A stretch of 32,000 nucleotides of DNA. Origin: Candidatus Brocadia sp. GTDB taxonomy: Bacteria > Planctomycetota > Brocadiia > Brocadiales > Brocadiaceae. Under the pieces are notes generated by a model, which was not told where the DNA came from, did not search any database, and saw only the letters and a list, made by a program, of their open reading frames with translations. Location: contig CP091279.1 of assembly GCA_021650915.1 (NCBI GenBank), forward strand, positions 1,020,001 through 1,052,000. The letters are read 5' to 3'. Both the position numbers and the translations under genes were made by a program. Below, piece by piece: positions 16,597 to 24,521 of the stretch (positions within the stretch are counted from its first letter, which is position 1; each line of letters begins with the position of its first letter).

Positions 16597-17654
16597 TCAA
16601 GACCTTAGAAAATAAAAAAACAGGACCGAAACGGACGTTCAGGGATAAAATATTTGATTATTCCTGTCAAAAAATTGGTAAACAAAGGACAAAGACATTT
16701 TTTAAATTATACGATCTTGCCAGGTTTGACCTCTTTGGCAAACCAAAAGGCGCAATCGGTTCAATTGATATTACCAACCGCTGCAATCTGCGTTGCAAAC
16801 ATTGCTACTTTTATGCGCATGACTACGAAAAGCAGCCTGAACTCACCGATGATGAATGGATTGAAAAACTGGAGAGTTTAAAGGAGACCGATTTCCCATT
16901 CTATCAATGTTCCTGGGTTGGTGGTGAGCCGCTCCTGCGAAAGGATCTTGTTGAACGGGGGATGAAATATTTCAAATCAAACCTGATAGCTACCAACGGC
17001 ACCATTGAACTGCCCAACTGGCCTGATGTGAATTTTTATATATCGGTCGATGGCAGAAAAGAGATGCACGATGCCATTCGGGGAAAGGGCTGCTATGATA
17101 AGATACTGAAAAATGCATCCAGGCCTGATTTAAAGATTCATGTATCGATGGTAGTTAACAAAATGAATTACCAGGATATTGAGTATTTTATTGAAGAATG
17201 GAAAGACCGTGGCGTCAAAGGCTGTTTATTTCAAATACACACGCCCGTAAAAGGATTACAGAACGACGATCTTTGGCCTGGCTGGCAATTGCGTGACGAG
17301 ATATTAGATACCCTGCTAAAGCTCAAAGAGGAAAAATACGGTGATTTCATCGGCGTACCAGGCCTCGTCCTCAAACTCATGAAGTCTGATAAGTGTAAAG
17401 AGATTACCAGAAATTGTATTTTCAAAAAGGTAGCCTTTTGTTTCGATCCACAGGGCCAGATTAAAAAGCCCTGTATGATGGGTCCGCAGGCAGACTGCCT
17501 CCGGTGTGGGTGTGTGCTCCCCTTTCATATGTGGGCGCTTGAAGACAAGTGGCTCATGGCGAGAGAACTTCTTATATCCCTGCGTCGGAAGAAGGTGAAA
17601 AAAAATCCCGCGATATCTTCCCAACCCGAACGAGTCGGAAAAGAAATACGGTAG
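16593..17654 (+). CDS. Radical SAM enzyme with Cys-rich C-terminal extension
   Basis: 353 aa. CxxxCxxC at C64/C68/C71 (IDITNRCNLRCKHCYF, nt 16782-16805) and GGEPLL. Seven Cys at residues 268-307 (KCKEITRNCIFKKVAFCFDPQGQIKKPCMMGPQADCLRCGC). The start overlaps the upstream stop as ATGA (16593-16596). Confidence 0.9.
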   Translation: MIKTLENKKTGPKRTFRDKIFDYSCQKIGKQRTKTFFKLYDLARFDLFGKPKGAIGSIDITNRCNLRCKHCYFYAHDYEKQPELTDDEWIEKLESLKETDFPFYQCSWVGGEPLLRKDLVERGMKYFKSNLIATNGTIELPNWPDVNFYISVDGRKEMHDAIRGKGCYDKILKNASRPDLKIHVSMVVNKMNYQDIEYFIEEWKDRGVKGCLFQIHTPVKGLQNDDLWPGWQLRDEILDTLLKLKEEKYGDFIGVPGLVLKLMKSDKCKEITRNCIFKKVAFCFDPQGQIKKPCMMGPQADCLRCGCVLPFHMWALEDKWLMARELLISLRRKKVKKNPAISSQPERVGKEIR

Positions 17655-17676
17655 GGGCAGGTTTGAAACCTGCCCC
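17654..17676. other. Perfect 11+11 palindrome overlapping the radical SAM stop codon
   Basis: GGGGCAGGTTT-G-AAACCTGCCCC. The first G is the last base of TAG (17652-17654). The centre GGTTTGAAACC is shared with copy B at 17784-17822. No T-run follows immediately; an A7-TA-T6 tract lies about 10 nt downstream. Confidence 0.5.
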
Positions 17677-17783
17677 TGCACAGCGAGAAAAAAATATTTT
17701 TGCTGAAAATGTCAAAATATTTTTTATTAGACACTAAACGGAAAGAGTCGAAAGAGGCAATATCCGTAGCACTCAATTCGTAA

Positions 17784-17822
17784 GTCAACCCCGTCCGGGT
17801 TTGAAACCCTGACGGGGTTAAT
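17784..17822. repeat. 39-nt palindromic intergenic element, copy B
   Basis: GTCAACCCCGTCCGGGTTTGAAACCCTGACGGGGTTAAT. The arms at 17787-17802 and 17804-17819 pair at 15 of 16 positions. Lies 9 nt from the 3' end of the minus-strand antiporter gene. Confidence 0.55.
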
Positions 17823-17830
17823 GTATGTGG

Positions 17831-19051
17831 TTACCGCAATACCGGAGTATTGTCAGTTTCCTTCACTTCCTTATCTCTCTTTTCAATAAACCGCTTAATA
17901 AACCAATCCGCTTCCTTCATCAGGATACTGCCAAACACTGCACTCAGTAACACATAGACACCGGTAAGTGACTTCAGGTGATAAGGCGCAGCAGAGTTTA
18001 TCGCAATTGCCCCGGCCAGAATGATAGAAAACTCACCCCGGGGGATAAGACTAAATCCAAGCCTTAAGCAAGCCCTTTTACTCAGTTCGTACTTTTTCCC
18101 GATAAAATATCCCCCAAAAACCTTACTAAAAGAAGAGACAATAAAGATAAATATCCCGATGGGGATCATGCTTCCAAAATGTTTATAATCAATGGACATC
18201 CCAAACGCAACAAAGAAAATCGCTGTGGAAAATTGCTGGAAGGGTTTTATCGCGTCTGAAATTCGATGTCTCTGCTTTGTCTCCGACAGCAGGAGGCCTG
18301 CAAGAAAGGCCCCGATTGCCTCAGAAAGCCCTATCCGGGAAGCAGCGCCAGCAGAAAGAACAATAATCGAAAGGATCAGGATAACAAATAATTCCGTATG
18401 TTCGATATCAACCACCTTATCGATATATTTTTTTGTCGTCCTGGAAAGCATGATAAAAAATAGAAAAAAGGCAGAGGTCTTGAGTATCACAAAGAAGATT
18501 CCCCGCGCATCTATATGCCCGTAATTCACAACACCAACAATGCAGGCAAGAAACGAAGCGATAAACATATCTTCAAAAATCAGAACATTGAGCACGTATT
18601 CAGTTTCCGGATTGGCCGAACGTTTCAAGTCAATGATCGATTTGGCAACAATCACAGAACTGGTTACATACACAACCCCTGCAAATAAAAGGGCATGGAT
18701 GAGGTCATACCCTAATATCCACCCAAGCAGCAGACCAGGCGGAAAGTTAAAAAGCAGATCATACATTCCACTAGAAAATATTTTTCTTTGGTTATGAACC
18801 AGGCTGCCAACGGAAAATTCGAGTCCAAACATAAAGAGCATAAAGATGATACCAAGGGTGGCAATAAATTCGGTAATAATCGTGAGGGGGAAAAAATTCT
18901 GAAGGATCATGCCTACCACAATAAACACTGCGGTAAGAGACTGGTTGACCTTGGTAGCCAAAAAACCGGCAAAAAAGAGCGCGATGAGAGAAATGCCTAA
19001 CGACAATACGCTTTCATTAACGATCATTTTCCAAGCGATGCTTAATTTCAA
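17831..19051 (-). CDS. CPA2-family cation:proton antiporter (KhtU/Kef-like)
   Basis: 406 aa, about 12 TM helices, Na+/H+ exchanger-type sequence (GFLATKV...LGIIFMLFMFGLEFS...PRGEFSIILA). An alternative ATG at 19027 would cut the overlap with the upstream gene from 35 to 11 nt. Confidence 0.88.
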   Translation of the reverse strand: MKLSIAWKMIVNESVLSLGISLIALFFAGFLATKVNQSLTAVFIVVGMILQNFFPLTIITEFIATLGIIFMLFMFGLEFSVGSLVHNQRKIFSSGMYDLLFNFPPGLLLGWILGYDLIHALLFAGVVYVTSSVIVAKSIIDLKRSANPETEYVLNVLIFEDMFIASFLACIVGVVNYGHIDARGIFFVILKTSAFFLFFIMLSRTTKKYIDKVVDIEHTELFVILILSIIVLSAGAASRIGLSEAIGAFLAGLLLSETKQRHRISDAIKPFQQFSTAIFFVAFGMSIDYKHFGSMIPIGIFIFIVSSFSKVFGGYFIGKKYELSKRACLRLGFSLIPRGEFSIILAGAIAINSAAPYHLKSLTGVYVLLSAVFGSILMKEADWFIKRFIEKRDKEVKETDNTPVLR

Positions 19052-19529
19052 AGGTGGATATAAATTTTTTTACCTGTTCATTGTTTCCTACGACAATAAG
19101 AGTGTCCTGAGGCTTGATACTCTCGCCGGGATTGGGATTCGGCATTACGGTCTCACCTCTGATAATGGTGGTAATGGAAACCCCCGTCCTTCTTCTGATA
19201 TCCAGATCTTCGATCTTTTTATTCACTAACATCGAATCGGGCATAATCTTTATCCATTCCATGGTCGCATTCTTCATTGCCAATTTCTGCTCTTCCTCCA
19301 CAACCGGCTGAAAGTACGTTCCAGAGAGAATTGCGCCAATCTGACGTGCCTCTTCATCAGCAAGGGTGGTGACCGATGCCGGTTCATCGTTGTCTCGCGT
19401 AAATTTAAACACCTCTCTCTCACCTGAAGAATGGATGACCACCACCAACTTATCGCCTGAGTCCAATTCCAGGGTAAATTTTTTACCAATTCCGGGCAGT
19501 TCGCTTTCCTTGATTTCCGACATAAACAA
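19017..19529 (-). CDS. Cation:proton antiporter regulatory subunit with TrkA-C (RCK_C) domain (KhtT-like)
   Basis: 170 aa. The N-terminus IKESELPGIGKKFTLELDSGDKLVVVIHSSGEREVF...DEEARQIGAILSG resembles the B. subtilis KhtT N-domain as I recall it. The C-terminal TrkA-C pattern is KKIEDLDIRRRTGVSITTIIRGE...P.PGESIKPQDTLIVVG. Confidence 0.8.
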   Translation of the reverse strand: MFMSEIKESELPGIGKKFTLELDSGDKLVVVIHSSGEREVFKFTRDNDEPASVTTLADEEARQIGAILSGTYFQPVVEEEQKLAMKNATMEWIKIMPDSMLVNKKIEDLDIRRRTGVSITTIIRGETVMPNPNPGESIKPQDTLIVVGNNEQVKKFISTFEIKHRLENDR

Positions 19530-19602
19530 CCCCTTTCGTTAAAACATCCTTTCACTTCTCAAAACAAGAAAACGTCTATCGTCGTTTCCCAGTAATGCCA
19601 TG

Positions 19603-19631
19603 ATATTACGTATTCCGCAATGAATTGTCAA
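19603..19631 (-). promoter_or_regulatory. sigma-70-like promoter TTGACA-N17-TAATAT (minus strand) for the antiporter operon
   Basis: Plus-strand TGTCAA at 19626-19631 and ATATTA at 19603-19608, about 70 nt upstream of ATG 19529. Confidence 0.45.
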
Positions 19632-19672
19632 CCTATTTTAGACACTGCAACACCCGTCGCTGACCAATATCC

Positions 19673-19699
19673 TTGACTTTCGTCCCTGATTCATATAAT
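19673..19699 (+). promoter_or_regulatory. Possible sigma-70-like promoter TTGACT-N15-TATAAT for cobO
   Basis: TTGACT at 19673-19678 and TATAAT at 19694-19699. Both hexamers are good but the 15-nt spacer is short. Confidence 0.35.
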
Positions 19700-19745
19700 C
19701 TTTTACTAAAATTTCCTGCGACTCTATTCAGAAGGGAAAAACCAT

Positions 19746-20273
19746 ATGAGTGAGGGACTCATTCTTGTAAATACTGGCGAAGGGAAAGGAAAGACCACCG
19801 CGGCATTAGGACTCGGCCTTCGGGCAGCCGGTCACGGAATGAAGGTGCTTATGCTCCAGTTTTTCAAGGGGCCATGGCCTACCGGAGAATGCACCGCAGT
19901 AAAACGACTTGAGCCTGATTTCAAAATCATTCCGTTGGGACAGGGATTTATCAAAACACGAAAAGAAGAACATACTGAGGCAACCAGAGAAAATGCCAGA
20001 ACATCCTGGGACTATGCAAAGCAGGAAATCTTTTCTGATCTCTATAATGTCATTATCCTTGATGAAATCAACAATATGATCCACCATGGACTTATATCGG
20101 TGGAGGAAGTAATTTCCGTTTTAAAAGAACGACCGAAAAGACTTACCGTAATCCTTACCGGACGCAATGCCCATGAAAAGGTCATGGAAATGGCTGACAT
20201 GGTCACGGAAATGCGGGAGATCAAACACCATTATCAAAAAGGGATCAAGGCACAAAAAGGTATTGAATTCTAG
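19746..20273 (+). CDS. cobO: Cob(I)yrinic acid a,c-diamide adenosyltransferase (CobA/CobO/BtuR type)
   Basis: 175 aa. P-loop VNTGEGKGKTTAALG, then MLQFFKG, ILDEIN, ILTGRNA, and C-terminal KHHYQKGIKAQKGIEF, typical of the family. Confidence 0.9.
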   Translation: MSEGLILVNTGEGKGKTTAALGLGLRAAGHGMKVLMLQFFKGPWPTGECTAVKRLEPDFKIIPLGQGFIKTRKEEHTEATRENARTSWDYAKQEIFSDLYNVIILDEINNMIHHGLISVEEVISVLKERPKRLTVILTGRNAHEKVMEMADMVTEMREIKHHYQKGIKAQKGIEF

Positions 20274-20322
20274 TCCGGCAGGGTATGATGACCATCCGTT
20301 GAAGTCATAAAAAGAAAATCGT

Positions 20323-21054
20323 ATGCCAGAATCCAAATTACACGTTGTATTATTGCGATCCACGCCATGCCCGGAAGAAATAGTCGCCCAGGCCGCCAAA
20401 CTCTGCTACAGCCCAGCATCTATTGATGATTTAAAGGAACAAATTGAAAGGAAAGGCCAGACGGATTTTATCGGGAAATTAACGGATATGCGACACCTCT
20501 CCCCTCTGGAACACGTCACCTTTACCTTTGGCGTAGAAGGCATCTCCCGTTCCTGTTCTCACCAGATCGTGCGGCATCGCTTAGCCTCTTATTCCCAGCA
20601 AAGCCAGCGTTACGTCGGCCAGCAGAGCGGAAAAACCGGAGGATTCCATTTTATTGTGCCACCCGGCATAGAAAAGATAGGCAAAAAGCCGTGGTTTATT
20701 GAAAAGATGCATCTTATTCAGCAATGGTACGACGAACTTACCGAGGCACTCGGGAATCAGGGAGAAAGCACCTTCGAGGACGCCCGCTTTTTGTTGCCCA
20801 ATGCCGCCGAGACCAAAATAATCATCACCATGAACGCCCGCGAACTTCTGCACTTCTTTCAGGTACGCTGCTGTAACCGTGCACAATGGGAGATACGGGA
20901 ACTGGCAACCGAAATGCTCCGTCAGGCAAAGCATATCTCTCCTCAGCTCTTCAAAAATGCAGGACCTGGCTGCGTTAACGGTACCTGCCCGGAAGGAAAG
21001 ATGACTTGCGGGAAAACGGTTGAGGTCAGGGAGAAATTCAGGCATCTTCCGTAA
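20323..21054 (+). CDS. thyX: Flavin-dependent thymidylate synthase ThyX
   Basis: 243 aa with the ThyX signature RHRLASYSQQSQRY, plus SPLEHV and NARELLHFF. Confidence 0.95.
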   Translation: MPESKLHVVLLRSTPCPEEIVAQAAKLCYSPASIDDLKEQIERKGQTDFIGKLTDMRHLSPLEHVTFTFGVEGISRSCSHQIVRHRLASYSQQSQRYVGQQSGKTGGFHFIVPPGIEKIGKKPWFIEKMHLIQQWYDELTEALGNQGESTFEDARFLLPNAAETKIIITMNARELLHFFQVRCCNRAQWEIRELATEMLRQAKHISPQLFKNAGPGCVNGTCPEGKMTCGKTVEVREKFRHLP

Positions 21055-21137
21055 AAATCACATCGCTGCTTTCTTTATTACCTGAAAATTCGATATACAG
21101 GGACCATTCCTTTTACCTTCAGGAATTATAGCACGTT

Positions 21138-22526
21138 TTAGGGATTTGGGAGCGCCACCTCTACAGGTTTGATCGTTTTCTTAACAATTTCCTTTGAATG
21201 GACAACGTTCAATTTCTTAAAAAGGAAGTCAAATTTTGCTTCGAGTTCTTCACCAATCTTCTTTTTTACATTATCAGGGAGATTCCAGAACCTCTCCTTG
21301 AATGGCCCAAAACCATTCTTCCGAACTTTATAAATGAATTGATCCTCCGTATCGCCCTCTTTCCATTCTTTTTTTATATCAGGATGATTCTTGAAAAAAT
21401 CATAGATCTCTTTCCTGAAGTCTTGTGGAAATACCTTGCTCTCATAAATCATATTCTGGAATTCCGTGGCAAGATGAACTTCGGCAGCGCCAGCTTCCGG
21501 AAATTTATCGAACGCATCGGCGGGAAGCGTAGAGGCACCGTGCTGTACCGCCCCGCTCAGGCCATATTCGTCCCGGGCAGCCATTGATAAATTTTTCAGG
21601 GTATCAAAATCTAATTTTACCTTGGCGACCGTTCCGTCCGGCAGCGGCACCCCCCCGTGTGAAGTGCCTGTTTGTACACTGATTTTGCTGATCCCCTTCA
21701 ATCCCTTGCCTTTCCTGGACAAGGTATCGGTAAACCCATCCATGAAAGCCCTTAATTCTTCAACCGTGCTGTTCTTTTTGCCTACCTCGCCGATTTCACC
21801 GCCAACGGATACTGTAATCCCTTTCGGTTCTAATGTCCTGATGTAGGCGGTAAATTCAGCTGCAAACTCAAAATTGAGCCGCTGCTGTTCCGTGAGGTTT
21901 GGCTTGTTTAAATCCACCAGCGTTGATGTGTCAATATCGACGTTATAAAAGCCGGCATCGATGGCTTCCTTGATGAGTTTTTTTACGGTAGTAATCTCAC
22001 ATTCCTTATCTTTTTCATATTTCTTCGCATTGATCTGAAAATGGTCACCCTGAATAAAGACGGGGCCCTCAAACCCCTCCCTGATAGCGGCAGCAAGAAT
22101 CACCGCGCTATACTCCGCAGGCCGCTGGTCTGTATAGCCTATCTCTGAACGTGCAATCTCAAAGATAAAGGCGCCAACGTGATTCTTCCTGGCAGCCCTG
22201 AAGATGGCGCGTGATACATCGTACGTCAGACCACGGATATTGATAGCCGGGACGGTAAACCCCTTGTATTCTTTTTTGCCCATGGCCTCGTAAAGGGAGT
22301 GAATGGAGGCAGAAACAACGCCAAGCTTATTACCCATATTACGGATCAGCGAACGGGATGCATCCCTGAGAGCGGCTTCCTTATTGAAAACTGCATTGTA
22401 CACAAGGGCGTCCATTTTTTTGTTGCGCAATACCTCTTTGTTCAATACCAGAACAGTGCCATTTTTTTGAATATCAGCGACATTCTTTAGATCATTTAAC
22501 AAGTCTTCTTTCGTATGATAAAGCAT
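21138..22526 (-). CDS. fba: Class II (metal-dependent) fructose/ketose-bisphosphate aldolase, long form
   Basis: 462 aa. PF01116-like landmarks: PAINIRG, VFIQGDHFQ, FYNVDIDTS, SVGGEIGEVG, VQTGTSHGG, AVQHGASTLP. It sits immediately downstream of fbp. Confidence 0.8.
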   Translation of the reverse strand: MLYHTKEDLLNDLKNVADIQKNGTVLVLNKEVLRNKKMDALVYNAVFNKEAALRDASRSLIRNMGNKLGVVSASIHSLYEAMGKKEYKGFTVPAINIRGLTYDVSRAIFRAARKNHVGAFIFEIARSEIGYTDQRPAEYSAVILAAAIREGFEGPVFIQGDHFQINAKKYEKDKECEITTVKKLIKEAIDAGFYNVDIDTSTLVDLNKPNLTEQQRLNFEFAAEFTAYIRTLEPKGITVSVGGEIGEVGKKNSTVEELRAFMDGFTDTLSRKGKGLKGISKISVQTGTSHGGVPLPDGTVAKVKLDFDTLKNLSMAARDEYGLSGAVQHGASTLPADAFDKFPEAGAAEVHLATEFQNMIYESKVFPQDFRKEIYDFFKNHPDIKKEWKEGDTEDQFIYKVRKNGFGPFKERFWNLPDNVKKKIGEELEAKFDFLFKKLNVVHSKEIVKKTIKPVEVALPNP

Positions 22527-22542
22527 GAGTTGTTAACTCCTT

Positions 22543-23556
22543 TTATTCTTGTTCAAAATACTTTTCGTATGCTAAAACGTCCTCTCTGCTCCCAATGATA
22601 AGCGGCACCTTTTGGTGTAAATCGCTGGCCTGAATATCCATAATGCGCTCCTCTCCCGTAGAGGCCATACCGCCGGCCTGTTCCACGATGAAAGCAAGGG
22701 GATTTGCCTCATACAACAATCGCAGTTTCGGTTTCGGTTTTTTCGGATCTTTATAATCCGCCGGATACAGGAATATCCCGCCGTAGAGGAGATTTCTGTG
22801 GAAATCTGCCACCAGCGACCCAATATATCGCAGTGAGTACGGACGGCCTGTCGACGGGTCGCTTTCTTTCAGATACCTGATGTATCGCCGCGTTCCTTCA
22901 TCCCACGTATGGGTGTTTCCCTCGTTGATACTGTAAGTCCTGCCTTTTGCAGCAATTTTTATATTCTCATGGGAAAGCAGGAACTCTCCTATGCTGGGGT
23001 CTAACGTAAAACCATATACTCCTTGTCCCGTCGTATATACCATCATCGTGCTTGACCCATACACAATGTACCCTGCGGCAATCTGTTCCGTCCCCTTTCT
23101 CAGGCAATCCTCAATCGTAGCTTCTTTGCCGGTTGTCTTCCGCCGGTAAACAGAGAATATCGTTCCGACACTCACGTTTGCATCGATATTTGATGAGCCG
23201 TCCAGCGGATCAAACATCAGCACATACTTACCCCTGGGAAATTCTTCAGGGATAGTGATGACATCATCGTTCTCCTCCGATGCCATAATACAGAGATGGC
23301 CACCGTGCTCCATGGATTTACAAATCCTCTCATTGGCAAAAACATCCAGCTTTTTTACCGCTTCGCCATGAATATTTACTTCGCCTGTAAGACCTAATAT
23401 CTCGGCAAGGCCAGCCTTGTTTACCTCACGGGAAATGATCTTTGCCGCAATCGATAAATCCCATAAGAGCCCGGTAAAATCTCCGGTGGCCTGCGGGAAT
23501 AATCTCTCCTGTTCAACAATATGGCGTTGAATGGTAATGCCTTTATTTTTCTGCAT
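22543..23556 (-). CDS. fbp: Class 1 fructose-1,6-bisphosphatase
   Basis: 337 aa. [12 protein letters not shown] metal-binding motif, [39 protein letters not shown]. Confidence 0.95.
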   Translation of the reverse strand: MQKNKGITIQRHIVEQERLFPQATGDFTGLLWDLSIAAKIISREVNKAGLAEILGLTGEVNIHGEAVKKLDVFANERICKSMEHGGHLCIMASEENDDVITIPEEFPRGKYVLMFDPLDGSSNIDANVSVGTIFSVYRRKTTGKEATIEDCLRKGTEQIAAGYIVYGSSTMMVYTTGQGVYGFTLDPSIGEFLLSHENIKIAAKGRTYSINEGNTHTWDEGTRRYIRYLKESDPSTGRPYSLRYIGSLVADFHRNLLYGGIFLYPADYKDPKKPKPKLRLLYEANPLAFIVEQAGGMASTGEERIMDIQASDLHQKVPLIIGSREDVLAYEKYFEQE

Positions 23557-23598
23557 ATCGAAGCTCCTTCATCTTTTAATGACATACTACGGTACTGT

Positions 23599-23626
23599 AT
23601 TTTACCTTTCCTCTTGCCAATGTCAA
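23599..23626 (-). promoter_or_regulatory. sigma-70-like promoter TTGACA-N16-TAAAAT (minus strand) for fbp-fba
   Basis: Plus-strand TGTCAA at 23621-23626 and ATTTTA at 23599-23604, about 40 nt upstream of ATG 23556, which has a GAAGGAG SD. Confidence 0.5.
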
Positions 23627-23726
23627 CAAGTAACCATGCACTAAGCACCCGGAATACCCATGAATTTTCATGATGAAAACTTTTCCGGCACGAGGGGAAA
23701 GATCCCTGTAAATTCGCCATGAAATC

Positions 23727-24521
23727 CTATGTGCAGGAAGAAACAATCTGAAACCGCCGGTCGCTGAAGAGATGATTCATCGGGGTTATATTTTTATCCC
23801 GGGCAACGGTGGGACCAATTTCAACCGTCATCGCCTCTTCCCGGTCCGGTGAGGCACGACAGAGCATCTCCCCTTTCGTCCCGACAATCTGGCTGGTACC
23901 AATAAAGGCGAGCGTTTCCTCAGTGCGGAGCTCCGTTCCAATACGGTTTGCGGTGATAGCAAAGACCCTGTTTTCAATGCATCGCGTTATCATGGCCTGC
24001 GGACAGTAGGGAAGAACAAGGTTTGCAGGATGACAGATAATATCTGCCCCCTGTATCGCCAGATATCGTGCAACTTCGGGGAAAAACCAGTCAAAACAGA
24101 TCATGACACCAACCTTCGCTTTTCCGATGTCATACACCGTTAATCCTCTGTTCCCTGGCTCAAACCACTGCTTCTCATGATAAAAGAGATGTAATTTCCG
24201 GTAACATCCGATAAACCCCTGCGGTCCCACCAGGATGGACGAGTTATAACAACGCCCCTGATCCCGTTCCACCAGACCAGCGACAAGATGGACACCCTTT
24301 TCCTTTGAAAGCTTCATGAGTGCGCGCGTTGTCTGCCCTTCCGGGACTTCCTCTGCCAGGGCAATGACCTCTTCCCTGGAGGCGAACTGATACCCCGTAT
24401 TAAACAATTCAGGCAAGACAATGAGATCGGCCTGCAGCGATTGTATCATGATCACCGCCCTTTCGATGTTCTCATCCTTTTTCCCAAAGAAGGGAGATGT
24501 TTGCAGAAATCCAACCTTCAT
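23727..24521 (-). CDS. Carbon-nitrogen hydrolase (nitrilase superfamily)
   Basis: 264 aa. Glu-Lys-Cys triad context: VLPELFNTGY, YRKLHLF, VGVMICFDWFFPE. No TM segment. The ATG overlaps the upstream stop as ATGA (24518-24521), with GGAG inside the upstream coding end. Confidence 0.9.
   Translation of the reverse strand: MKVGFLQTSPFFGKKDENIERAVIMIQSLQADLIVLPELFNTGYQFASREEVIALAEEVPEGQTTRALMKLSKEKGVHLVAGLVERDQGRCYNSSILVGPQGFIGCYRKLHLFYHEKQWFEPGNRGLTVYDIGKAKVGVMICFDWFFPEVARYLAIQGADIICHPANLVLPYCPQAMITRCIENRVFAITANRIGTELRTEETLAFIGTSQIVGTKGEMLCRASPDREEAMTVEIGPTVARDKNITPMNHLFSDRRFQIVSSCT

Noticed and set aside
17654-17822. Could the GTTTGAAACC-type palindromes be CRISPR repeats?
   Set aside because: The copies are single and kilobases apart or differently structured, with no regular repeat-spacer periodicity and no cas genes in the window.
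19530-19745. Possible cobalamin riboswitch upstream of cobO
   Set aside because: With the predicted promoter the leader is only about 40 nt. I found no B12-box-like conserved core or multi-stem structure in the 216-nt gap.
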